A stretch of 64,000 nt of DNA from Alphaproteobacteria bacterium. Lineage in GTDB: Bacteria; Pseudomonadota; Alphaproteobacteria; CALMVH01. The stretch is taken from NCBI GenBank assembly GCA_965199335.1, contig CBDAQZ010000004.1, positions 128,666-192,665 on the forward strand, given 5' to 3'. Every line of letters begins with the position of its first letter. Position 1 is the first letter of the stretch. This document shows, piece by piece, positions 29,376 through 38,480 of this stretch. The position numbers and the translations under genes are program-made. The notes beneath the pieces were generated by a model, which saw only the letters and a program-made list of their open reading frames with translations, was not told the origin of the DNA and made no database searches.

Positions 29376-30248
29376 ATGGCCAGATTTCGCTTCGTACTTA
29401 CGGTCGGTGCCCTGATTCCGCTTTCGGCTTGCGCCCTATATACCTCGCACGAGCAGCTGGAAGCGTTGAACCATGCGGTGCCTAACGGCTCCAAATTCAC
29501 GGCGCGCCTGACCGTCGAATACCGCGACCTGGCCAACCAGGACGCCGACAAGTTCGACGATTACGTCGATGCCCAGCATTTCTCGCGCAAGGGTTTGCGC
29601 GCTGCAACCAGCGAAAACGTCCTGCCTGAGCAATTATCCGACTGGAGCATCTCGGACAGCGCCACCGGCAGCCTTACCGACAGCCGCCAGAAACTGATGG
29701 ATCTGCTGGACCACGGCGGCCGCACCGGCGCCCCCGATTTCTCCGCCGTGGCGCAGGCGCGCTTCGATTGCTGGGTGGAACGGGCGGACAAGAGCTCGGC
29801 CGGCAAGGACCAGGCGGTCTGCCATGCCCAGTTCGACGAGGCAATGGCGCAGGCCTATGCCGAGCTTAACAAGCCGGCCCCGGTTCCCGAGGTCATCCCG
29901 CAGCAGGACGAACTGCACGCCGCCAAGTTCATCGTCTTCTTCGACTGGAACAAGGCGAACGTGACCCATGCCGGCTCGGCGGTGATCGAAACCGCAATCT
30001 CCGAAGCCAAACGCCTGGGCGCGACCCAGATCGACGTGGTTGGCAATGCCGACCTGTCGGGTACGGAACGCTATAACCAGAAGCTGTCGCTGAAGCGCGC
30101 GCTGGCAGTCAAGGCATTGCTGGTCAAGCACGGCGTACCATCTGCCGAGATCACCACCATGGCCAAGGGCGACGAACAGCCGATCGTGCCGACGGCGCGT
30201 GGCGTGCGTGAACCCGCTAACCGCCGGGTAGAAATCCACTTCGAGTAG
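29376..30248 (+). CDS. OmpA-family lipoprotein
   Basis: 290 aa; lipoprotein signal (LIPLSAC); C-terminal OmpA_C peptidoglycan-binding domain (NQKLSLKRALAVKALLVKHGV...RRVEIHFE). Confidence 0.8.
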   Translation: MARFRFVLTVGALIPLSACALYTSHEQLEALNHAVPNGSKFTARLTVEYRDLANQDADKFDDYVDAQHFSRKGLRAATSENVLPEQLSDWSISDSATGSLTDSRQKLMDLLDHGGRTGAPDFSAVAQARFDCWVERADKSSAGKDQAVCHAQFDEAMAQAYAELNKPAPVPEVIPQQDELHAAKFIVFFDWNKANVTHAGSAVIETAISEAKRLGATQIDVVGNADLSGTERYNQKLSLKRALAVKALLVKHGVPSAEITTMAKGDEQPIVPTARGVREPANRRVEIHFE

Positions 30249-31500
30249 GCTTTGCCTGATCGGGATACAGGCGGCGCGCCAGATGTTTCAGTGTGCTGCC
30301 CTGTACCACGACAGAAAATACGACGACGAAATAGGTCAGAGTCAGGAGTATCTCAGCCTGATCACTATATGGCAAGGATAGCACAAGTGCGATTGGGATG
30401 CCGCCGCGCAGGCCGCCCCATACGAAAATCCCGAAAGCCCGCGTTTCGACCTTGGCGAATAGTGATACCACTGCCATAGGAATGCCGACTGACAACGCCC
30501 GCCCGGCCAGTACGATAGGGATGGCGGCTAGCGCAAGCAGCATGTAAGGGCGAAAGCCTAGCACTGCGACCACTTCCAGCCCGATCAGTACGAACAGCAC
30601 CGAATTCAATATCCCGTCTAGCGTGTGCCAGAAGCTCACGACAGTGGTGCGGCTGCCCTCGGCCATGGCCAGCGGCTTGCCGTAACGGGCGATCACGCAT
30701 CCTGCAACGGCCATCGCCACCACGCTGCTAAGGCCCAGATGCGTGGCCAGCGCATACCCGCCCATGACCAGCGCCACCGTGATGATGGTCTCAATCAGCG
30801 CATCATCGATGACTTTCAGTGAGCGGTAGGTCAGCCAGCCCAGCAACAGCCCGAATGCACCGCCGCCGATGCCCTTGACTGCGAACATCTCCAGCGCCCC
30901 TCCCAACGACAAGTCCTGATGCTCTATCGCGGCTGCGGCGGCGATGCTAAACACCACGACGCCAACGCCGTCGTTGAATAGGCTTTCTGCTGCCACCCGC
31001 GTCTCGACCCGCAGGGGAATGCCGGCATCGCGCAGGATCGCAATGACGGCGACCGGATCGGTCGGGCTGATCAGCGCCCCGAACAGGAAGCACCACGGCA
31101 GGGATAGGGGTAGCGACATAGCACGCGAGGCGAGGAACAGCAGTATCCCGATGATGAACGTCGACAGGAGCACGCCCGCCAGCGACAGGATCAGCACGGG
31201 GCGTCGGCCCGCCTTCAGCTCGGTCATGTCGAGATCAAGCGCGCCGGCGAACAGCAGAAACGACAGCATGCCGTTCATCAGAACCTGGTCGAAGCCGATA
31301 CCGTTGAGCAAGGTTTGCAATACGGCGCGTATGCCCAACCGAGGAAAAAGCACATCTATTCCGGCGACGGCGAACGAGATTGCCATGCCCAACACGGTTA
31401 GACCGATCGCGTGCGGCAGGCGCATGAAGCGATAATTGATAAAGGCGAGGACAGCGGTCAGCGTTATGACAATGCCGGCTACGTCATAGGAAGTCAGCAT
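30217..31500 (-). CDS. Cation:proton (Na+/H+) antiporter, CPA1/NhaP family
   Basis: 427 aa polytopic membrane protein; LFNDGVGVVVF and ALISPTDPVAV motifs typical of NhaP exchangers. Confidence 0.85.
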   Translation of the reverse strand: MLTSYDVAGIVITLTAVLAFINYRFMRLPHAIGLTVLGMAISFAVAGIDVLFPRLGIRAVLQTLLNGIGFDQVLMNGMLSFLLFAGALDLDMTELKAGRRPVLILSLAGVLLSTFIIGILLFLASRAMSLPLSLPWCFLFGALISPTDPVAVIAILRDAGIPLRVETRVAAESLFNDGVGVVVFSIAAAAAIEHQDLSLGGALEMFAVKGIGGGAFGLLLGWLTYRSLKVIDDALIETIITVALVMGGYALATHLGLSSVVAMAVAGCVIARYGKPLAMAEGSRTTVVSFWHTLDGILNSVLFVLIGLEVVAVLGFRPYMLLALAAIPIVLAGRALSVGIPMAVVSLFAKVETRAFGIFVWGGLRGGIPIALVLSLPYSDQAEILLTLTYFVVVFSVVVQGSTLKHLARRLYPDQAKPTRSGFLPGG

Positions 31501-31573
31501 GGATACCTTAAAGGAAAGCCTGGAAGCGTTTGCAGCTTCTAGGCTTTCGCTTAATCAAACGCGTATGTCCGGA

Positions 31574-32140
31574 TTATTCCGCCGCCATCACGGTTGCGCC
31601 GTGGACTGACATTGCATGGATTATCTCATCGCAGAACGCCCCCAGATCGTCCGGCTTGCGACTGGTGATCAAATTTCCGTCGACCACAACCTCTTGATCG
31701 ACCCAGGTCGCGCCTGCGTTGCGAAGGTCGGTCTTGAGCGAGGGCCAGGAGGTCATGGTGCGACCGCGAACCATGTCGGCCTCGATCAAAGTCCAGGGAC
31801 CGTGGCATATCGCGGCCACCAGCTTTCCCGTCTGGTTGAAATATTCCACGAAATCGACCGCTTCCTTGTTCATGCGCAGGGAATCGGGGTTGGCAACGCC
31901 GCCCGGCAGTACCAGGCAGTCGTAATTCTGGGGATCGGCCTGGTCCAGTGTCAGGTCCACCATGACCATCTGGCCCTTCTCCTGGTGATCCATGCCCTGG
32001 ATCTGGCCGCCCCTGGGAGAAACGACCTCTACCTGAGCGCCCGCTTCGCGCAAGCGATTTAGCGGTTCGGTCAGCTCGACCTGTTCAAACCCGTCGGTTG
32101 CCAGAATGGCAACGCGCTTGCCGTATGTTTCGTCGGACAT
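31574..32140 (-). CDS. DJ-1/PfpI family protein (class I glutamine amidotransferase-like)
   Basis: 188 aa; VAAICHGPW nucleophile-elbow motif. Confidence 0.85.
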   Translation of the reverse strand: MSDETYGKRVAILATDGFEQVELTEPLNRLREAGAQVEVVSPRGGQIQGMDHQEKGQMVMVDLTLDQADPQNYDCLVLPGGVANPDSLRMNKEAVDFVEYFNQTGKLVAAICHGPWTLIEADMVRGRTMTSWPSLKTDLRNAGATWVDQEVVVDGNLITSRKPDDLGAFCDEIIHAMSVHGATVMAAE

Positions 32141-32211
32141 AGTAACACTCCTGGTGAAAAATCACTGGAAATGTAACATGCCGGGCGACCCTACGGTTCC
32201 GCCGGTCGCGG

Positions 32212-34551
32212 TTATTCCGCATTGCCGACCGTGGTAAAATCGACGCCGGCGGCCAGACGATCCGCAGCCGATTTCAATATGACGCTGACCTCCAGCCCCA
32301 GGCTCGGATGTACCGGAAAGCCGGGATCGACGGGCATTGCCGGCTTGTCCACGATGATATCCTCGCCCGAGGCGGAATAGGATGGGCGAACCAACCCTTC
32401 CAGCGCATCGTCCATCTCCCGGTCGGGGCTGGGCAGTTGCGCGGCCGGCACGACGACCGTTTCGGCCTCCATGGAGGGCATTTCGGGCATCGTCGCGATT
32501 TCGACCGGCGCCGAGCCGTCATCGTCCAGAGCAACGACGAAGTCCTCGTCCATGCTTTCGTCGCTCGCTTCCAGTTCCGGCTCCTCGGGGCGCATATAGG
32601 CGCACAGGGCGGCGACGGCCATCGATCCGCACTGGATCTGCTCCTGTCCCGACTTTTCCGCCAGGGAGAAACCATAGGCCAGAGCATTGAGTTCGTTCGA
32701 TTGCTCCGCCGGCGGCTCGACATCCAGCGCGCGCCAGTTCGGATCGCGCAGGCGCTTGACCAGCGTATTGATCATGCTGGCCATGGCGGGCGACATCGGC
32801 TCGGGCATCGAAACGCCCAGCAGCTTGTGCACGCGCATCGCCTTGACGCGCTTGGGGGCGGCATAGAACAGACGCCCGGCGATCACCTTCGACTGCCAGG
32901 TCATGTGAACTTCACCTTCCACCTGGTCGCGCAGGTCGGACCAGCCGGCCTTGTCGCGCACCGACAGGTTGGCATTGCGCGAATCGTAATAGTTCATCGA
33001 GAACAGATCGGAGGTCATGGCCATGCCGCTGCTTTCGGTGACCAGCGCCTTGCCGACCGTCTTTTCGAAGAAGTTCTGCGTATCGAGCGATTCCTCCAGC
33101 TTGCCGAAGATTTTCAGGTTACAGTTGGCGGTGATCGACCGCGCTTCCTCGCGCACGCGCAATTCCATGGACGGAATATCCTGGCTGGCGAAGATCAGGG
33201 AGAAGCCAAGACTTCTGGCCTGCGCCGCCATGACCGCCATGCCCTGCGTGGCGTAATAGCCAACCTCGTCGAACACCGTGATGAAAGGGGAGGACGATTT
33301 CGACAGCTTGTTATCGATGACGCCCGCCCAGTCGCCTTCGACGGCGGAGCCCAGCGTCGTACCCATCATGCCCTTGATCGAGGCAGTGACGATCTTGCCG
33401 AGGTTGGCGGCTTCGTCGGCCGATTTTTCCAGCGACGGGATCAGCACGACCAGGATGCGGCGGTTCAGCACCACGTCCTGCATCACGACATCGGCGATCG
33501 GCTTGCCGAAGATGTGCCAGTAGTCGCCCGACAGCGATTGCAGAGCACGGGTGAACTGCATCGACAGGAAGTTATGCTGCTGCGAAACCGTCGAGATATC
33601 GCGTGGCGGATCGTTGGGACCCGGGGGCGCCTCGTTGCCTTGATCGTCGAAGGCGGCGGGAATGTAACCCGGCAACGTTTCGAGATAGGTGGAACTGAGG
33701 GCGCTGCGGATATTCTCGGGGATCGTGACATCGCGCGACAGGCGGATGATCGAAGCCAGCGAGATACTTTCCAGGATGACCTTGACGTCCAGCTGGTGCC
33801 CCTGCTTTTCGCGGCGATGGACCAGTACGGGCATCAGCGCGCCCATCAGCGCGACGGCGCGGCCCTTCCACATGGCGTTCTCGCCCTTTGCCTCGTCCAT
33901 CAGACTGACCAGAAGGTTGGTAAGGTAGGACGACGAGCCGGTGGTGAAGGGGTTGAGCGTGTTACTGACAGCGCCCAGGTCGCTGTTGCCGGTCAGGTAG
34001 TTGAGCACGAACAGATCGTCGTCGCGGCCGAAGCGGCGGGCCAGCGCGTAGATCGACGCCCACAGATCGGTATCGGCCTTGCCGTCGATGTAGATGAATC
34101 CGGAGCCCCAGGCGAGCGCGTTGGAGACGATCGATTTGAGACCTTCGGTCTTACCCGAACCGGTGGTGCCCAGGAACAGGATATGGGTACCGGCATCCTT
34201 GCCGCTCAGCCACAACTCGTCCCCGCTTGGCTTTTCGTTGCCAAGAAACAGGATGCCCTTCGGTTTCTTGTCCTTCTCGTTCTGATCCTTTGCCTTGGCG
34301 AAGGCCGGCATCTTCAGCGGCAGGGTGTGCTTACGGCTGATGAACCAGAAGAAATAGAAAATGCCCGAGAACAGCAGCACGTCGGCGATACTCTCGCCGA
34401 AGTCGGAATAAAGCGAAAAACCACCGGCCATCACCAGCAGCGTCGGGGCTACGGTGGCGTCCTCCATGAACTCGCGCGCCTTGGCATAGGGCGTGCGCGT
34501 ATCGCGCATGAAGTCCTTTAAGTCGCGATGATATTTCTTCTCGATTACCAT
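32212..34551 (-). CDS. Type IV coupling protein-family ATPase resembling DotL/IcmO (TrbC of IncI plasmids)
   Basis: 779 aa; two N-terminal TM helices, then Walker A ILFLGTTGSGKTEG and a Walker B-like hydrophobic stretch ending in D/E (FITVFDEVG); long acidic C-terminal tail (EEPELEASDESMDEDFVVALDDDG), as in DotL; the family call is from memory of the DotL/TrbC architecture and is not verified. Confidence 0.5.
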   Translation of the reverse strand: MVIEKKYHRDLKDFMRDTRTPYAKAREFMEDATVAPTLLVMAGGFSLYSDFGESIADVLLFSGIFYFFWFISRKHTLPLKMPAFAKAKDQNEKDKKPKGILFLGNEKPSGDELWLSGKDAGTHILFLGTTGSGKTEGLKSIVSNALAWGSGFIYIDGKADTDLWASIYALARRFGRDDDLFVLNYLTGNSDLGAVSNTLNPFTTGSSSYLTNLLVSLMDEAKGENAMWKGRAVALMGALMPVLVHRREKQGHQLDVKVILESISLASIIRLSRDVTIPENIRSALSSTYLETLPGYIPAAFDDQGNEAPPGPNDPPRDISTVSQQHNFLSMQFTRALQSLSGDYWHIFGKPIADVVMQDVVLNRRILVVLIPSLEKSADEAANLGKIVTASIKGMMGTTLGSAVEGDWAGVIDNKLSKSSSPFITVFDEVGYYATQGMAVMAAQARSLGFSLIFASQDIPSMELRVREEARSITANCNLKIFGKLEESLDTQNFFEKTVGKALVTESSGMAMTSDLFSMNYYDSRNANLSVRDKAGWSDLRDQVEGEVHMTWQSKVIAGRLFYAAPKRVKAMRVHKLLGVSMPEPMSPAMASMINTLVKRLRDPNWRALDVEPPAEQSNELNALAYGFSLAEKSGQEQIQCGSMAVAALCAYMRPEEPELEASDESMDEDFVVALDDDGSAPVEIATMPEMPSMEAETVVVPAAQLPSPDREMDDALEGLVRPSYSASGEDIIVDKPAMPVDPGFPVHPSLGLEVSVILKSAADRLAAGVDFTTVGNAE

Positions 34552-34581
34552 TCCGTCTCCCCGGCCATACCTTGCAAGGCC

Positions 34582-35154
34582 TTAATGATAGAACGAATCC
34601 ACATCCACCGGCGCACCCGTCGGTACCGTGGCCGGCTTGGCCTGCTGTTGCCGCGCCGCCAACGCCGGCAGAACCGTCTTGGCAAGCGTACCGGGGACGT
34701 AGCTGCCCGGTGGTAGCTTGCTTGCGAAAGACGCTGGAACGCCAGCAGGAGAAGCCGCACCGGTCATGGAAGAGATTTCCCTGAGCAGGTGATTGGCTGC
34801 ATTCAGCTGGATAGTCTCTATGATCGCCAACAGCAGCACGACCACGATGGCCGTCCATTTGGCAATTTTCTTCCACGGCGCCTGGAAGGACAGCAGGGTG
34901 CGCGACAGGCTGGACAGGGCCTGTTCGGCCGCGTCGATCGAGGCAAAGGTCGCGATCGTCATCGGCGTAACACCGCCGTCATAACGAACCAGATCGAACT
35001 TGCCGTCAGCCTGCCTGAGTCCGAAGCCGCTGGAAACATCGCTCACCACCCAGCGCCACAGCACCGGAGGCGTCGCATCGGCAAACCAGGCGACCAGCAT
35101 CTTGCCCCGAATGGCAACTTTCGAACGCGGCAATTCCCTGTCGTATTCACTCAT
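34582..35154 (-). CDS. Hypothetical single-pass membrane protein (190 aa) between the DotM-like and DotL-like genes
   Basis: ORF with a central TM helix (WTAIVVVLLLAIIETIQL); Ala/Pro-rich C-terminus. Confidence 0.4.
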   Translation of the reverse strand: MSEYDRELPRSKVAIRGKMLVAWFADATPPVLWRWVVSDVSSGFGLRQADGKFDLVRYDGGVTPMTIATFASIDAAEQALSSLSRTLLSFQAPWKKIAKWTAIVVVLLLAIIETIQLNAANHLLREISSMTGAASPAGVPASFASKLPPGSYVPGTLAKTVLPALAARQQQAKPATVPTGAPVDVDSFYH

Positions 35155-35211
35155 ACTTGCAGCTCCATCGCAGTTCTTTCGCCTGCATTGATTAAAGTTG
35201 AACCAGAACGA

Positions 35212-36333
35212 TCATTCGGCAAGCCCTGGAAGTGAGCGGCTCAGACGGTGATCGTATTCGTTTAGCGACATGACCGCCTGCGTGACTTTCGGCGACAGAA
35301 GCGGCGTACCGGCGGCACGTTCGGCCATGTAGTGTGAAATCGCGCCCGCGGCCTCGGCGTGGAATGACTGGCGGCCGAGGTTGTTGAGCGGATACCACAG
35401 CGCGCGGTTGGCACCGCGCAGCCACAGGAATTGCGCCGGGGCCAGAACGCCGCCGCGATCGCGCGAATAGCCGAGCAGCCGCAGCATCGCGGTGGTCACG
35501 AACGCATGGTTCGCCGTAACCTTGGCAGCCTCGCCGCCCAGTTTCGGGTCCTTGACGATGCGATCGATCTCCTTGCGCAGCGTCGCGGTGGGACGCAGGG
35601 CCATGTCGCTTTTCGGATCGGCGCACAGCGCCAGCTCACCCAGCAGCTTGTCCGCTTCCTCGCGCTGGCGGGCGGCTTTGAGGGCAAACACCGCGAACAG
35701 CGCCTTGACATGGAACGGCAGGGCATCGGGTCCGCGCCATCTGGGCCCCAGCTGCTCGGCGAATGCCTGCGCGACAGCCACCTGGTCCAGCCCGTCCGGC
35801 CCGTGCGGAATGGAGTTGTATTTCAGCCACTCCTCGGGCGACAGAGCCTCGGCGAACAGCGGCAGTTCGGTCGGTGTCTCGCCATTGGGATCGCGGGCGT
35901 TATCGACAGCGGGGTTGAACTTTATGATCGGGGAGATCACCGGCCATATCTTGGCCTGCGCGGCAATCAGCTTGTCGAGGGAATAGGCCTTGCGGTAGCT
36001 GGATTTGGGCGCCGAAACCATGAGCAGATAGGCCATGGTCACCAGGATGATCATGATCGGCCAGCGCAGGAAATGACCGGCCAGCCGCGCGGCGTAGCGG
36101 ATATAGGGCCAGTCGATGTCGTAGTGCTTGGGATCGTGAAGTATGTCGCGAACGGCGGGAACGGCGGGATCGGATACGATGCGACTCAGCAGCCAGAACT
36201 CGCCGTAGGTGAAGATGCGGAAGAGTTCCGTGACCTGCTTGTGGAAAAAATGCCAGAACAGCCAGGCGAGAACTATAAACCCGGCCATATAGACCGCATA
36301 GGTCGTGTCGCGCGTTTCTATATTTCCGGCCAT
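35212..36333 (-). CDS. Inner-membrane protein resembling DotM/IcmP (TrbA of IncI plasmids), the partner of DotL-type coupling proteins
   Basis: 373 aa, close to the 376 aa of Legionella DotM; N-terminal TM helices then a large soluble domain; adjacent to the DotL-like gene in the same orientation. Confidence 0.4.
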   Translation of the reverse strand: MAGNIETRDTTYAVYMAGFIVLAWLFWHFFHKQVTELFRIFTYGEFWLLSRIVSDPAVPAVRDILHDPKHYDIDWPYIRYAARLAGHFLRWPIMIILVTMAYLLMVSAPKSSYRKAYSLDKLIAAQAKIWPVISPIIKFNPAVDNARDPNGETPTELPLFAEALSPEEWLKYNSIPHGPDGLDQVAVAQAFAEQLGPRWRGPDALPFHVKALFAVFALKAARQREEADKLLGELALCADPKSDMALRPTATLRKEIDRIVKDPKLGGEAAKVTANHAFVTTAMLRLLGYSRDRGGVLAPAQFLWLRGANRALWYPLNNLGRQSFHAEAAGAISHYMAERAAGTPLLSPKVTQAVMSLNEYDHRLSRSLPGLAE

Positions 36334-36440
36334 TAACCGTCATTCCCTGCAGTTGACTACATCACGCCTTGCACCGACACCGGCATTGAGCGATACAGTA
36401 TATCAGAAAAGCCGCAGTAACAAGCCGTACTAAGGCATCG

Positions 36441-36515
<75 letters not shown>

Positions 36516-36632
36516 TATTGTCTCCCTTATTTTCAGCATCTTAACCGTTATTGCACGAATTTATCACAAATCTTTGCACATCGCGCGCAAAACGGTTAGA
36601 TTGCGCATCTAGACCAAAAACGGGCCTGATCA

Positions 36633-37019
36633 ATGAAGAAAATTTTGCTGCCTGCGGTACTGTCCTGCCTTTGCCTCAGCGCCTGTTACGAGCCGCTTGA
36701 GTACTGGCAGCGGACCAGCGGACCTTCCACAGCCTATCTGACAGGCGACCAGTCGCAGTCGTTGCTTGAGAAGGACATCTCGCAGTGCACCTGCGGTACC
36801 GATACGCTGCGCAACATCGTCACCGACGATGAGCAGGCCAAGCAGTACCAGCATGGCTCCCTCGACGATCCGCAGCCGGGCGACCCGCGCGAATTCCGGG
36901 CCTGCATGGAAGCCAGGGGCTGGACGCGCGTCGACCCGTACTTTGCGCAGGGTCAGACCGAGGAACGGCTGGATCACTACCAGGCCGTCCCGAACCACCC
37001 GCTTTGCAACGTACAGTAA
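36633..37019 (+). CDS. Putative lipoprotein (128 aa)
   Basis: Signal peptide with lipobox LSAC; four Cys; no family recognised. Confidence 0.5.
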   Translation: MKKILLPAVLSCLCLSACYEPLEYWQRTSGPSTAYLTGDQSQSLLEKDISQCTCGTDTLRNIVTDDEQAKQYQHGSLDDPQPGDPREFRACMEARGWTRVDPYFAQGQTEERLDHYQAVPNHPLCNVQ

Positions 37020-37093
37020 TCTTGTGACGTTCCCGGGAACTGCCGGGACCCCGCGCGGTTTACACTTCATCGCGCTCCGAAATTCGAGGTGAA

Positions 37094-37177
37094 ATGAAGT
37101 ACGTTCTGTTATGGGCACTGGGCGTGCCGCTTCCGATCCTGCTGGTGATCTACCTGCTGTTCGGAGGACACTCATAA
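37094..37177 (+). CDS. Small hydrophobic peptide (27 aa, MKYVLLWALGVPLPILLVIYLLFGGHS)
   Basis: Short ORF with an AGGT-like RBS (cgaggtgaaATG) and an intrinsic terminator immediately downstream; a single TM helix. Confidence 0.3.
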   Translation: MKYVLLWALGVPLPILLVIYLLFGGHS

Positions 37178-37180
37178 GGA

Positions 37181-37209
37181 AAGCCGGACCGTCGAGGTCC
37201 GGCTTTTTC
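37181..37209 (+). terminator. Rho-independent terminator (AAGCCGGACC-GTCGA-GGTCCGGCTT + TTTTCG)
   Basis: GC-rich 10-bp stem followed by a T-run, read directly. Confidence 0.55.
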
Positions 37210-37226
37210 GTTAAGGACGCGAACGA

Positions 37227-38480
37227 ATGTCAGAGAAGATCGAACGGCGCCGCCATTTCCTGCAGCACTGCTCCCCCGACACCATATCGATCCATGAACC
37301 GATCCTGGACGCCTTCGCCGTCGATGGCGCCCTGAACCCGGCAGGGCTGGGCGATGCCGATATGGCCTCGGGCCGGGCAGGGCTTGGACAAAGCTCGGTC
37401 TGGTTCGATACGCTGGCGGCCTACCGGCATGCCGACGATCTCGGCCTGTCGCCCTATAACGGCACTGCCGAATACGGCATCGTCCGAACGGCATCGGCCG
37501 CCGCGCTCTGCGACAGGCTGACAGCCCTGCACGGCGGCTCCGGCGCCATCGTCTGCCCATCGGGCATGTCGGCCATCGCCGCGGCGATGGAAGCCTTCGC
37601 ACCGAAATCCATCGCCGTTCCCGACTGCGTCTACCGCCCCCTGGTCCGTTATATCGAGTGGCTGAACAGCCGGCATGAAACGCCAGCCATCGCCGTTTTC
37701 CGTTATGCGGGCGCGGCGGACGCGGCCGCGATGGAAACATTGCGCCGCGAGGCGCAGGATGCGGGCACGCCGATAGATACGATCTACCTGGAGGCGCCAG
37801 GCAGCGGTACGTTCGAGATTCCCGACATCGCCGGCATCGTTGCCGTGGCGCAGGCGCACGGTATCCGCACCATGATGGACAATACCTGGGCCAGCCATGT
37901 GCGCTTCCGTCCGCTTGCGCACGGCATCGACATCGCGATCCAGGCGACGACGAAATACGAGGGCGGTTATGCCGACACACCCTCCGGCGCGGTGGTCGCC
38001 CGCACGCCGGAGGATTTCAAGCGCCTGCTTTATGCCTCGCGCGTGCTGGGCATCGGCGCGGTCGCCCCGCAGACCTGCCTGCGCCTGTTGCACAGGATCG
38101 AGTCGACCGAGGCGCGCATGGACCGGCACTATGCCAGCGCCTTGCAGGTCATGACCTGGCTGAACACACAGCCCTATGTCGCCGGCATATTATGCCCGGC
38201 CCTCGAAAGCTCACCCGGTCACGACCGGTTCAGGAAATATTTCGGCAAGGGCAATGGGCTGTTCACCGTGGCGTTCGCAAATTCGATCGGTGTAGCGCAA
38301 GCGGAAGCTTTCATGGATGCACTGACGATATTGCGCATCGCCGAAAGCTGGGGCGGGCATGTGTCGCTGGTGCTGCCGGTGAAAAGCAAGGACGCGCCGA
38401 TGATCCGCTTCAGCATCGGTCTCGAAGACCCGCGGGATCTGATTCGCGATATCGAGACTGCGGCTAGGACATTCGTCTAA
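37227..38480 (+). CDS. Cys/Met-metabolism PLP-dependent enzyme, probable cystathionine beta-lyase
   Basis: 417 aa; fold-type I PLP enzyme with the PLP-lysine motif ATTKYEGGYADT; the size and N-terminal region fit alphaproteobacterial MetC-like enzymes. Confidence 0.7.
   Translation: MSEKIERRRHFLQHCSPDTISIHEPILDAFAVDGALNPAGLGDADMASGRAGLGQSSVWFDTLAAYRHADDLGLSPYNGTAEYGIVRTASAAALCDRLTALHGGSGAIVCPSGMSAIAAAMEAFAPKSIAVPDCVYRPLVRYIEWLNSRHETPAIAVFRYAGAADAAAMETLRREAQDAGTPIDTIYLEAPGSGTFEIPDIAGIVAVAQAHGIRTMMDNTWASHVRFRPLAHGIDIAIQATTKYEGGYADTPSGAVVARTPEDFKRLLYASRVLGIGAVAPQTCLRLLHRIESTEARMDRHYASALQVMTWLNTQPYVAGILCPALESSPGHDRFRKYFGKGNGLFTVAFANSIGVAQAEAFMDALTILRIAESWGGHVSLVLPVKSKDAPMIRFSIGLEDPRDLIRDIETAARTFV

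Noticed and set aside
37178-37226. SAM-II-type riboswitch upstream of the Cys/Met PLP enzyme
   Set aside because: Only about 50 nt between the small-peptide ORF stop and the PLP-enzyme start, and it is occupied by a simple terminator hairpin; no pseudoknot-forming SAM-II consensus seen.
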